Origin: Spirochaetaceae bacterium
GTDB taxonomy: Bacteria; Spirochaetota; Spirochaetia; DSM-2461
Reading direction: 5' to 3'
Length of the DNA: 64,000 bases
Assembly (NCBI GenBank): GCA_965224705.1
Contig: OZ245056.1
Coordinates: forward strand, 2,624,001-2,688,000
Below the pieces are notes generated by a model. That model did no database searches. It was not told where the DNA came from and saw only the letters and a list, made by a program, of their open reading frames with translations. Each line of letters begins with the position of its first letter. Within the stretch, counting starts at the first letter, position 1. Shown piece after piece: positions 31,407-40,271 of the stretch. Position numbers and translations under genes: made by a program.

Positions 31407-32252
31407 TTGGAAAAGTTCATCATAAAAGTAACCTGCCCGGACCAGAAAGGCATAGTGGCTGGAATTACAGGTTTAATGGCCGAGTGCGGGATCAATATTC
31501 TGGATCTCACCCAGCATACAGCTTCCGATATGAATATCTTCATGCTCAAAGCTCTATTTGAAGCTCCTCCTGCATTTGATAGATCGACCTTTAAAAAGGC
31601 GTTTGAACCTGTTGTGGAAAAATTCAACATTACCTGGCATCTTTACAGCATTGCCCAGAAGGAAAGAATTGCAATCATTGTAAGCAAAACCAATCACTGT
31701 CTCTGGGAATTGCTGTTGAAGCATCAGGATGGTGAGCTGGCCTGCGACATCATGGCTGTTATATCCAACCATTCTGTGAATGAACACATTGCTCATCAAT
31801 TTGGTATTCCGTTCTATCAGGTGGAATACGCAGATGGCAGGGAAAAAGCCGAGGCTCACATGATGGATATTCTCAAGGAACATGACATAGATCTTATTGT
31901 ACTGGCCCGATTCATGCAGATTCTTTCGCCTGATTTCATCAAACACTGGAAGAATAAAGTTATCAATATCCATCATGGATTCCTGCCAGCGTTTCAAGGA
32001 GCAAAACCCTATCATCAGGCATGGTATAAGGGTGTAAAAATCATAGGTGCAACGGCCCATTTTGCCAATGAAACCCTGGATCAGGGCCCAATAATTACGC
32101 AGGAAGTCATCAATGTCAGTGATCGCTCCTCAATAAAACAGCTTGTGCAGATGGGGAAGAATATTGAACGCCATACACTGCTGGATGCCATTGTGCTCTA
32201 TCTGGAGCATTCAATTTTTGTGCATGAAAATCGTACTTTTATCATACGCTGA
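31407..32252 (+). CDS. purU: Formyltetrahydrofolate deformylase
   Basis: ACT domain CPDQKGIVA, LARFMQILS, INIHHGFLPAF.GAKPY.QA, GATAHF...LDQGPII. Confidence 0.96.
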   Translation: MEKFIIKVTCPDQKGIVAGITGLMAECGINILDLTQHTASDMNIFMLKALFEAPPAFDRSTFKKAFEPVVEKFNITWHLYSIAQKERIAIIVSKTNHCLWELLLKHQDGELACDIMAVISNHSVNEHIAHQFGIPFYQVEYADGREKAEAHMMDILKEHDIDLIVLARFMQILSPDFIKHWKNKVINIHHGFLPAFQGAKPYHQAWYKGVKIIGATAHFANETLDQGPIITQEVINVSDRSSIKQLVQMGKNIERHTLLDAIVLYLEHSIFVHENRTFIIR

Positions 32253-32403
32253 CCCGGGCCTGCATCCGTGATTGTCTTCGTCCTGCCGCCATCATGGAAA
32301 TCAGGGAGTTTCTGTGAAACTGTTTTTTGAATCGAAGTTGACCCAAAGCCGGTGATTGTGTTATTTTATCGGACAGATTCAAAATTCTTCATGGTAGGTA
32401 AGA

Positions 32404-33921
32404 ATGTCATCAAATAAGAAAGTCATCCCTTTCAAAAAAGGAGCCGCACCCAGGGAGGGGAGTGGTTTCTTAAAATATACTGGATTAGCAATTGTAGCTC
32501 TGGCTGTTATCGGACTTCTGTTTTCCTCGCTATTCTCTGGAATATCGGGTTTTGGGAGTGGAGATCTGGTTTTTGGCCGGTACGGTGATAAAAGCATTGT
32601 GTATAACTATAACAATTCCTTCGGACGCAGTGTGATCAGCAGAATGGAAGAAGGAGGCAATGACCAGGAGGGACAGTACTTTGACTTACTCAGGCGCATG
32701 ATATGGCAGCAGGAGTTTTCCAATGCGGTTGTTCGCACTGCAATTGCCTATCATCTGGAAGAAGTCGGCTATGTCCCCAGCACCCAAATTGTTGATCTTG
32801 AAATCATCAGGGACTCTTCGTTTCAAACTGAAAATAGATTCGATGAAGAAAAATATAATAATGCATCTGCTTCCACGAAGAATAATCTCAGAGAGTCCTT
32901 AAGAGAGAATATTGCCCTGAATACCTGGACTGAAGACTCCATCCTCAGCCTGAAAAGATCGGATGCCCAGCTTGATTTTTTGAACAGTTTGAAGGAAACC
33001 GTTCGCAGCTATGATTACATCGTCCTTCCCTACAGCGATTATCCAGATGAAGATGTTATTGCTTATGCAGGGGAGAATGAACAATTATTCCGCACACGGC
33101 CAATAAGTCGAATTACGGTGGAGGATGAAGAAACTGCCCGGGAGATAGTGTCTCTATTCAACGAGAAGAGACAGGATATTGATGCTTTTGCCACTCTGGC
33201 CAGGGAGTATTCTACAGACAGTTTCGGTGAAGAGGGAGGAGGCATGGGGTCAACTGAATACTACAAAATCCTTGAGCTCATTTCTGCCGAAAATACCGAT
33301 ACAGTCTTTGCCCTTGATGTCGGTGAGATCGGTGGTCCTTTTGAGTCAGAATACGGGTGGATTGTATTTCACACTGATGGTGAGATTAAAGAAGCCGACC
33401 CGGAAGAAATTGTCGATGAAGTCCGCAGCTACATGCTGAGGAACGAAGTTGGGATAATTGAAGACACTCTTCTGGCCAGGGCGGAACGCTACAGAGATAA
33501 GGCGATTTCTGCCGATTCATTTCAGGAAGCCATGTCGGCTGAAGGAATTGAAGTGAAATCAACAGAACCCTTCCCTTTTAACTATGGAGGTGATGTTCTT
33601 CTTGGTAACTCTCCGGAAAGAACAGATGATCCCGCACTTGCGGGAACAACATCCTCCGAGGACTTCTGGAATAACATTGTTTCACTGGAGCAGGAAGGAG
33701 ATATTACCCAGCCCATTGTCCTTTCTGAAGCAATTGGACTCTTCACTCTTGTCAAAACAGAAACCCAGGAAAGACCGGAAACATGGAATGATACAGTGGA
33801 TATTGAGTTGAATAATACTGTTGTGGAACAATTTCAATCCATTATTCTTGCTGAAGACTCCAAACTCTTTGATGATAATTTCTCCAAAACCTATGATAAA
33901 ATCTATCGAGATCAAGGATAG
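32404..33921 (+). CDS. Membrane-anchored SurA/PpiD-like peptidyl-prolyl isomerase
   Basis: N-terminal TM; rotamase motif FATLAREYSTD...GGGMG...VFAL.VGEIGGPFESEYGW. Confidence 0.8.
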   Translation: MSSNKKVIPFKKGAAPREGSGFLKYTGLAIVALAVIGLLFSSLFSGISGFGSGDLVFGRYGDKSIVYNYNNSFGRSVISRMEEGGNDQEGQYFDLLRRMIWQQEFSNAVVRTAIAYHLEEVGYVPSTQIVDLEIIRDSSFQTENRFDEEKYNNASASTKNNLRESLRENIALNTWTEDSILSLKRSDAQLDFLNSLKETVRSYDYIVLPYSDYPDEDVIAYAGENEQLFRTRPISRITVEDEETAREIVSLFNEKRQDIDAFATLAREYSTDSFGEEGGGMGSTEYYKILELISAENTDTVFALDVGEIGGPFESEYGWIVFHTDGEIKEADPEEIVDEVRSYMLRNEVGIIEDTLLARAERYRDKAISADSFQEAMSAEGIEVKSTEPFPFNYGGDVLLGNSPERTDDPALAGTTSSEDFWNNIVSLEQEGDITQPIVLSEAIGLFTLVKTETQERPETWNDTVDIELNNTVVEQFQSIILAEDSKLFDDNFSKTYDKIYRDQG

Positions 33922-33926
33922 GGTTA

Positions 33927-35519
33927 ATGGATGTGCCTCGGCTGGAGGACACTGGCCGTGGCCTTACAGTTTTTTACGATAGGTATTTGTATTCAAAAAG
34001 AGATCCAGCCAGACGTTCTATTTCAGTTTCGGAAACCGCTCCAGTCAAACCCCGCACCCTGTATATTATTCCATCTCCCCTGCTGGGATATGGACTCAAG
34101 GAACTGCTGAATCGTATTACGGATGATTCCTTCATCATTGCCATTGAAGTATCACAGGCTCTTTTTCATCTTTGCTCCCCTTTCATCAGCAATGAGTTGT
34201 CGAATCATCCGCGATTATCCATTGTAAGGCTGTCTGATGAGAATAACCTGAAAGCTCTCCTCGACAATCTTGGATACTGGAGATTTCGCCGGGTACATCG
34301 TATTGATCTCAATGCCGGTTCTTCCCAATTCCCGGAGAACTACAATCGCCTTACTGAATTTGCAATCAATGCCCTGGCAGCGTACTGGCGCAACAAACAT
34401 GTTCTTCGTGCATTGGGCCGTCATTGGGTTCGGCATCTTTTTGCCAATCTATCCTCTTCTTCTTCCCTGCAATCTCCCCGGTCATGGACTGGAAAACCCA
34501 TCGTTGTCACTGGTGCCGGTCCTTCCCTGGAGGATTCACTGAACTTCCTCATACAGTACCGGGAACTTGTTGAAATCTGGGCTACTGATACATCACTTGG
34601 AACTCTGCTGTCAGCAGGCATCAGGCCGGATGTGATTTCCGTTCTTGACACACAGTTCTGGAATCACATGGATTTCCATGGGGCCGCAGGTACAGGAATC
34701 AAAATCATTGCGGATATCACTTCCTATCCCGGCAGTCTGAGTATTACAGGAGGCCGTACAGCGGCTTACTTCTCCTCCTTTGCTGAATTAAGTGTTTTGA
34801 AGCGGCTGGAAAAAACTGTCCCGGGAATCCGTAAAATTCCACCTCTGGGTTCCGTTGGTTTATCGACTGTTTACCTTGCTCTTCACTGCAGCAATGTCCC
34901 CATATTTCTTACCGGATTGGATTTTGCCTATACACCTGGAAAAACCCATGCCAGAGGGTCATCAATGCATAAATGGCAATTGATCAACCTGTCCCGTATT
35001 AATCCATCGCCAGGTTGGTCTTCCATCATGCAGCGCCCACGAATGAAAGCCGATGGATATGGTCAGCAGGCGATAAAAACCGACAGGGTACTTATGGGAT
35101 ATGCTGAATTGTTTAGAGATCGCTTTGAAGAATCAGAAAGGCTTTACATGCTCACCGGCGGCGTGGATCTCGGCATCCCATCTGTTGACAGCTCAGAAGC
35201 CCTGAAATTGATGATTCAGGTTAAAAAGCCTGAAGAATCCGTGGAGAAGCATCCCGATCACCAGGAAGAAGTCAGGATTTTCCTCCAGAATGAGCTGCAG
35301 GGATTGAACCAGATTATCGAAAACTGGGACAACTACAATGAGAAAACCGAAGATGCTGCGAATCTAAGGAGAAGCCTTGAAGAATATGAACATAGTTTCT
35401 GCGACTTCCCGAACGAACATCTGTTCCCGGAAGTTGATGATGTTTTTCTTTTCCAATCAGTGAAACGCTGCCGGGAACTGAAACGCTTCATACAGCGAGT
35501 GAGCGGGTTTCATGACTGA
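33927..35519 (+). CDS. DUF115/MAF_flag10 (motility-associated factor, MptE-like) protein
   Basis: IVVTGAGPSL, GIRPD, GSV..., IFLTGLDFAY..GKTHA. Confidence 0.8.
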   Translation: MDVPRLEDTGRGLTVFYDRYLYSKRDPARRSISVSETAPVKPRTLYIIPSPLLGYGLKELLNRITDDSFIIAIEVSQALFHLCSPFISNELSNHPRLSIVRLSDENNLKALLDNLGYWRFRRVHRIDLNAGSSQFPENYNRLTEFAINALAAYWRNKHVLRALGRHWVRHLFANLSSSSSLQSPRSWTGKPIVVTGAGPSLEDSLNFLIQYRELVEIWATDTSLGTLLSAGIRPDVISVLDTQFWNHMDFHGAAGTGIKIIADITSYPGSLSITGGRTAAYFSSFAELSVLKRLEKTVPGIRKIPPLGSVGLSTVYLALHCSNVPIFLTGLDFAYTPGKTHARGSSMHKWQLINLSRINPSPGWSSIMQRPRMKADGYGQQAIKTDRVLMGYAELFRDRFEESERLYMLTGGVDLGIPSVDSSEALKLMIQVKKPEESVEKHPDHQEEVRIFLQNELQGLNQIIENWDNYNEKTEDAANLRRSLEEYEHSFCDFPNEHLFPEVDDVFLFQSVKRCRELKRFIQRVSGFHD

Positions 35520-36790
35520 CTCATTCCGGATGACTGGATCTGATCTTCGGGTACCCTTTCACGCCTGGCGAGGAAGGCAAATGGCAGGGCAAGAACCTGT
35601 ATCGCCGCAGTCGTAAGATAGGACATCCCGTAGCCGTGGATATCTGCAATTCGGCCAAGGATGGGTTGTCCTGCAACTCCGCCAGAGGATGCAATCAATG
35701 AATCGAAGGAAAGAACTGTGGCGCGTTCGCTTGAGGGTATGAGGCTGTTGAGATAGGCCTGACGGATTGGCATAACAGTTGAAGATGATAATGACCATAA
35801 AATGAGACCCACTGCAGCCACCTGAAAACTGTTTGTCAATCCGATGACGGCAAGCATACACGTACTGAGAGAGGTTGCGAGAATGATGACGGTAGTTCGG
35901 CGTTTGAAAATTCTTTTCATCTGCCCGGCAAGTATACCGCCAATGATTTGAGTTCCTGCCATTGCTGCTGCCGCCAGTCCGGCAATACCATAAAAATCAG
36001 GGTTTCCGTAAAGCTCCAGAAGGTATGGCTGCAGGGCGTAAAAAGCGTAGATAAGCGTTCCGATTGTAAATGGTGCCATAAGCATTACCCATCGAACCGG
36101 GCGATTTCTTAATCCATTGTCAATAGAAGCTTTGAAAATCCTGTTTATATTGCCCATCATTGTCTTGCCTGTGACAGGCTTGAAACCAATGTCTTTCATG
36201 AATATCTGTATAATGAGGAAGGTTAGCATGAGCAGAAAAGCCCGAATAATGTAAGGAACACCCAGATTGGTCAGTTGAGCAATGAATCCCCCGGCAATTG
36301 AACCGGTCAACATGGCAATCCCGGAGACAACCTGACCTTTTGAGAAAACAGATTCCAGATTCCCCCTATATCCAGAGACATTGAGAGCATCGACCAGCCA
36401 TGCTTCTGTAGCACCGGAAAAAAATGTGAATCCCAATCCAAGAAGAATTGAAGTGAGGGCCCATCCCCATAATGGAATTTTCAAATACCAAATCAAAAGA
36501 TATAGAAGAGTTGATATGAAAAGAGTCAGTGTACCAACGATGCAGGATGCACGCCGACCCCATGTATCGGCAACGATACCTGTTGGAACTTCAAAGAGAA
36601 GTGTTCCCAGAGTAAAAAACGCATTGGCAGTAAACGCCTGTACATTGTTTAGACCGGCATCCAGAAGAAAGAGGGTATTGATTCCCCAGATGAAGGATGC
36701 CGCCAGTGTTGACGAAAGAGTCAATCCCAGATAAACCTGCTGGATGCGGCGTATTGCCCTGGGAATTGAAGGATCATTTTCTGGACCCAT
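35510..36790 (-). CDS. MFS transporter
   Basis: Many TM segments, FEVPTGIVADTWGRR, IPSSERATVLS; start placed at ATG 36790. Confidence 0.9.
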   Translation of the reverse strand: MGPENDPSIPRAIRRIQQVYLGLTLSSTLAASFIWGINTLFLLDAGLNNVQAFTANAFFTLGTLLFEVPTGIVADTWGRRASCIVGTLTLFISTLLYLLIWYLKIPLWGWALTSILLGLGFTFFSGATEAWLVDALNVSGYRGNLESVFSKGQVVSGIAMLTGSIAGGFIAQLTNLGVPYIIRAFLLMLTFLIIQIFMKDIGFKPVTGKTMMGNINRIFKASIDNGLRNRPVRWVMLMAPFTIGTLIYAFYALQPYLLELYGNPDFYGIAGLAAAAMAGTQIIGGILAGQMKRIFKRRTTVIILATSLSTCMLAVIGLTNSFQVAAVGLILWSLSSSTVMPIRQAYLNSLIPSSERATVLSFDSLIASSGGVAGQPILGRIADIHGYGMSYLTTAAIQVLALPFAFLARRERVPEDQIQSSGMSQS

Positions 36791-36857
36791 AATGAAAAGA
36801 ATATATAGTCTATTGAATATCCTGCATAGACCCTGCCGGGTTCCCCGGCAGCCGCAT

Positions 36858-36945
36858 CTAAAATCCACAACAACTTCAGACAGATAATCATTATCCCATC
36901 CATCTTCCTACGCCTGGCGGCGATACCAAACTTCCCATGCTGACG
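36858..36945 (-). pseudogene. Frameshifted remnant of an ISAs1-like transposase C-terminus
   Basis: Minus strand reads KFGIAARRRK then, in a shifted frame, GWDNDYLSEVV directly before the terminal repeat; resembles the K/R-rich-GWDNDYL tail I recall from ISAs1 transposases. Confidence 0.6.
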
Positions 36946-37033
36946 AACCTCACTCTCAATCAGCTTCGCGTTCATCTCCAGGTCCCCATGCCTCTGTGAG
37001 AAACTCTCCGATAAGCCCCCCAAAAACCTCCCC

Positions 37034-37062
37034 TTGCATAAACACCAGAACTTCCGTAATGT
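37034..37062 (+). promoter_or_regulatory. Putative sigma70 promoter of rpn copy 1 (duplicated before copy 2)
   Basis: TTGCAT-17 bp-TAATGT, then 6 nt to the ATG, with no SD. Confidence 0.5.
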
Positions 37063-37068
37063 AAAGTC

Positions 37069-37935
37069 ATGGAAACAACCAGACCATTCGATCCGCTGTC
37101 TGACTTGTTTGCCCGTGCCCTTCTGGGCGATGAGAAAAACACCAGCCTGCTGACGAATTTCATCAATGCATTTCTAACCCCAAAGAAATTAGGCCCGGTC
37201 ACCAGCGTCGATATACTCAACCCCTACAACCTGAAAGAATACTTCAGCGACAGGGAAACCATCCTGGATGTCAAGGCAAGAGACAGCCGCAATCGCATCA
37301 TTAACGTCGAGATACAGATCTCCACCGGCAAGTATTTTGCCAATCGAAGTCTGTTATACTGGGCAAAAAACTACCAGAGCCAGCTGCGTGAATCAGAGGC
37401 CTACTCCAGACTCAATCCGGTTATTTGCATCAATCTGGTTGGCGAGCCCCTTTTTCCACAACTGGAGGAGTACCACACCTGCTTTCAACTTACCGAAATG
37501 GATCATCCCGAACAGATCTTGACCGACCATCTGTACATCATGTTCATGGAACTCTCGAAAATGACATTTCCCGATGAAGCCCACCTGGCTATTGGAAGCG
37601 ACTTTGAACGATGGTGCTATTTTTTTAAGTACGAAGGTTATTTGAAGGAGGACGAGATGCCCGTGCTATTGGGAGACAACCCATATATTCAGGAGGCTCA
37701 TAAACTTTACACAACATTCACCGCCGATCAAGCCATGCTTGACAGGCTGGAAGCCAAAGAGAAATGGAGAAGGGATTATCTAAGCGGTCTGGATGAATCC
37801 TGGAACGATGGCAGGGAAAAAGGCCGAGAAGAAGGCATAGCCCAAACAGTCAAAGACTTCAAGGCTGCCGGAGTTTCCATTGATATCATCATCAAGGCCA
37901 CCGGCCTGAGCGAAGAAGAGATCCAGAAACTCTAA
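37069..37935 (+). CDS. Rpn family PD-(D/E)XK nuclease/putative transposase, copy 1
   Basis: PLSDLF..LLG, LDVKARD...INVEIQ, RSLLYWAK.Y..QL, VICINL; C-terminal GREEG...IIKATGLSEEEIQKL. Confidence 0.92.
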   Translation: METTRPFDPLSDLFARALLGDEKNTSLLTNFINAFLTPKKLGPVTSVDILNPYNLKEYFSDRETILDVKARDSRNRIINVEIQISTGKYFANRSLLYWAKNYQSQLRESEAYSRLNPVICINLVGEPLFPQLEEYHTCFQLTEMDHPEQILTDHLYIMFMELSKMTFPDEAHLAIGSDFERWCYFFKYEGYLKEDEMPVLLGDNPYIQEAHKLYTTFTADQAMLDRLEAKEKWRRDYLSGLDESWNDGREKGREEGIAQTVKDFKAAGVSIDIIIKATGLSEEEIQKL

Positions 37936-38006
37936 CAGAAACAGATCACTCCCAGACCAAAAACCCCCCCCTTGCATAAACACCAGAACTTCCGTAATGT
38001 AAAGTC

Positions 38007-38885
38007 ATGGAAACAACCAGACCATTCGATCCGCTGTCTGACTTGTTTGCCCGTGCCCTTCTGGGCGATGAGAAAAACACCAGCCTGCTGACGAATTTCA
38101 TCAATGCATTTCTAACCCCAAAGAAATTAGGCCCGGTCACCAGCGTCGATATACTCAACCCCTACAACCTGAAAGAATACTTCAGCGACAGGGAAACCAT
38201 CCTGGATGTCAAGGCAAGAGACAGCCGCAATCGCATCATTAACGTCGAGATACAGATCTCCACCGGCAAGTATTTTGCCAATCGAAGTCTGTTATACTGG
38301 GCAAAAAACTACCAGAGCCAGCTGCGTGAATCAGAGGCCTACTCCAGACTCAATCCGGTTATTTGCATCAATCTGGTTGGCGAGCCCCTTTTTCCACAAC
38401 TGGAGGAGTACCACACCTGCTTTCAACTTACCGAAATGGATCATCCCGAACAGGTCTTGACCGACCATCTGTACATCATGTTCATGGAACTCTCGAAAAT
38501 GACATTTCCCGATGAGGCCCACCTGGCTATTGGAAGCGACTTTGAACGATGGTGCTATTTTTTTAAGTACGAAGGTTATTTGAAGGAGGACGAGATGCCC
38601 GTGCTATTGGGAGACAACCCATATATTCAGGAGGCCCATAAACTCTACACAACATTCACTGCCGATCAAGCCATGCTTGACAGGCTGGAAGCCAAAGAGA
38701 AATGGAGAAGAGATTATCTAAGCGGCCTGGATGAATCCTGGAACGATGGCAGGGAAGAAGGTGAAAAAGAAGGTGAAAAAAAAGCCATAGCCCAAACAGC
38801 CAGGCGCTTAAAAGCCGCCGGAGTTTCCATTGATATCATCATCAAGGCCACCGGCCTGAGCAAAGAAGAGATCCAGAAACTTTAA
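38007..38885 (+). CDS. Rpn family PD-(D/E)XK nuclease/putative transposase, copy 2
   Basis: Near-identical tandem duplicate of copy 1 (938-bp offset) with a divergent C-terminal segment. Confidence 0.92.
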   Translation: METTRPFDPLSDLFARALLGDEKNTSLLTNFINAFLTPKKLGPVTSVDILNPYNLKEYFSDRETILDVKARDSRNRIINVEIQISTGKYFANRSLLYWAKNYQSQLRESEAYSRLNPVICINLVGEPLFPQLEEYHTCFQLTEMDHPEQVLTDHLYIMFMELSKMTFPDEAHLAIGSDFERWCYFFKYEGYLKEDEMPVLLGDNPYIQEAHKLYTTFTADQAMLDRLEAKEKWRRDYLSGLDESWNDGREEGEKEGEKKAIAQTARRLKAAGVSIDIIIKATGLSKEEIQKL

Positions 38886-39000
38886 CAGAATCAAATTTTT
38901 CCCACTCCGTATCCTCCATACCTCCGTGAGAAACTCCCCAGAATCAGTGGTTTTTCATTTTTTCAGATGGCATTAGTTGTGATTGCCCTGGTTCCTGACC

Positions 39001-39398
39001 CAGGGCAATCGCATCTAAAATCCACTAGCCAGAGTGTTCTTCAAAGCCTTATTCATGGGTTTTTAACCGCAGAGGACGCAGAGAGCGCAGAGTGTTCAAG
39101 ATAAATGTTGACCAATCTGTTTATGCTATAGAGACGAAAAAACCCGGACTAAAGTAAGACTTTTTCTCCATTTTTGGGCGTTTTGCCCAAAATGTGGGTG
39201 CGTCCATGCGCCCACGGGCAGCTCTAAGCGGTTTTAAGAGCTGCCCTATATCTCTCTGCGTACCTCTGCGTTCTCTGCGGTTTAATGCCGCTTTGAGGAG
39301 ATTCCACATTCTTTGAGACACTGGATAAAAATTTCCATTGACCTCGAAAATCAGTGTTTTTCATTCTATTTGGGACAGAATTAGATGCAATTACCCTG
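39001..39398. mobile_element. MITE family B (ISAs1-type ends), 398 bp
   Basis: TIR CAGGGCAATCGCATCTAA / TTAGATGCAATTACCCTG; flanks GTTCCTGACC and GTTCCTGAAC (10-bp duplication, 1 mismatch); second copy at 60813. Confidence 0.9.
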
Positions 39399-39473
39399 GT
39401 TCCTGAACCATATAACCTTGACTGCATCCGGTTTTGCAGGATAGATTTTATTCTTCCTGGGTTCTCTTGAAGC

Positions 39474-40271
39474 ATGATCAGTAATTCCAATTTCATACGC
39501 ACAACCGGATTCTTCCTATTCGTATGGGCCGGACTCACTCCCCTGTTCGGAATTAATAATTCAACCAGGCATTCCCTGTCCCTGACAACATCCTTCCTGA
39601 ATCCAAATTTTTCGGATCATCTTGTATCTCCCCTCCATCTTCATGGTCTGGGTGCCGGCGGTAGATTGAGTTACAGTGTGAGAGCTCCTCGATTTGATTT
39701 CAATCTTTTAATTGGCGGGGGAGGTGGAGTGCTGTATAGTAAAAATTCAGGTCTTTATGATGGAGATAATTACTTCGTTCATGCTTCATTCAATATGAAT
39801 TCCAGTTACCGCCTGCCAGTCATTCATGATAAGGGACATCTACTTTTTGGATTGCAGGTCAGCTACATGCTGGAAGGTTATTTCCTTGGATATATAACTT
39901 CACACAACTGGTTTGCTGATCTTTCCTTCCTCCCATCTATTGGTTTTGAATATGATTTCAAGAAGGGCCGGTTAAGGTCTTCTTTTGCTTTTTCAATATT
40001 CAGTATTGTCAATCGTCCCCCATGGACAAACTATAATGATGAACTGGATTTCAAACTGAGTGAATCTCCACTGAGAATTCTGTTCAGAGGTGAACCTGTT
40101 ACGATTAATCAGTATGCTCGCTTCAACTGGAATGTTCACTGGGATACAAAACTTTCACCACACTTCGATTTGATCAGTGGATTCTCCTGTCAGTATATAA
40201 AAACAACCCTCCCATTGGATGCTTCTTCCTTTTCTTTATCCATTGATGTTGGGATTCGATATGTTTTCTAG
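39474..40271 (+). CDS. Hypothetical protein, probable outer-membrane beta-barrel
   Basis: Signal-like N-terminus, aromatic and Gly-rich alternating strands, C-terminus VGIRYVF. Confidence 0.65.
   Translation: MISNSNFIRTTGFFLFVWAGLTPLFGINNSTRHSLSLTTSFLNPNFSDHLVSPLHLHGLGAGGRLSYSVRAPRFDFNLLIGGGGGVLYSKNSGLYDGDNYFVHASFNMNSSYRLPVIHDKGHLLFGLQVSYMLEGYFLGYITSHNWFADLSFLPSIGFEYDFKKGRLRSSFAFSIFSIVNRPPWTNYNDELDFKLSESPLRILFRGEPVTINQYARFNWNVHWDTKLSPHFDLISGFSCQYIKTTLPLDASSFSLSIDVGIRYVF

Larger units (their letters stand above)
36844..38990 (-). mobile_element. Transposase-less ISAs1-type shell carrying two rpn genes
   Basis: Ends CCCGGCAGCCGCATCTAAAATCCAC (36844) and TTAGTTGTGATTGCCCTG (38990) resemble the two ends of the 398-bp element; no intact target duplication seen. 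Confidence 0.65.

Noticed and set aside
36791..36868. N-terminal extension of the MFS ORF
   Set aside because: It starts inside the mobile element end; ATG 36790 is more plausible
37069..38885. Rpn proteins as the transposase for the surrounding element
   Set aside because: The ends and 10-bp duplications fit a DDE ISAs1-type enzyme; Rpn proteins are not established as true transposases
39121..39538. ORFs within MITE B (also 60933..61160)
   Set aside because: They are translations of palindromic repeat DNA with no transposase motifs
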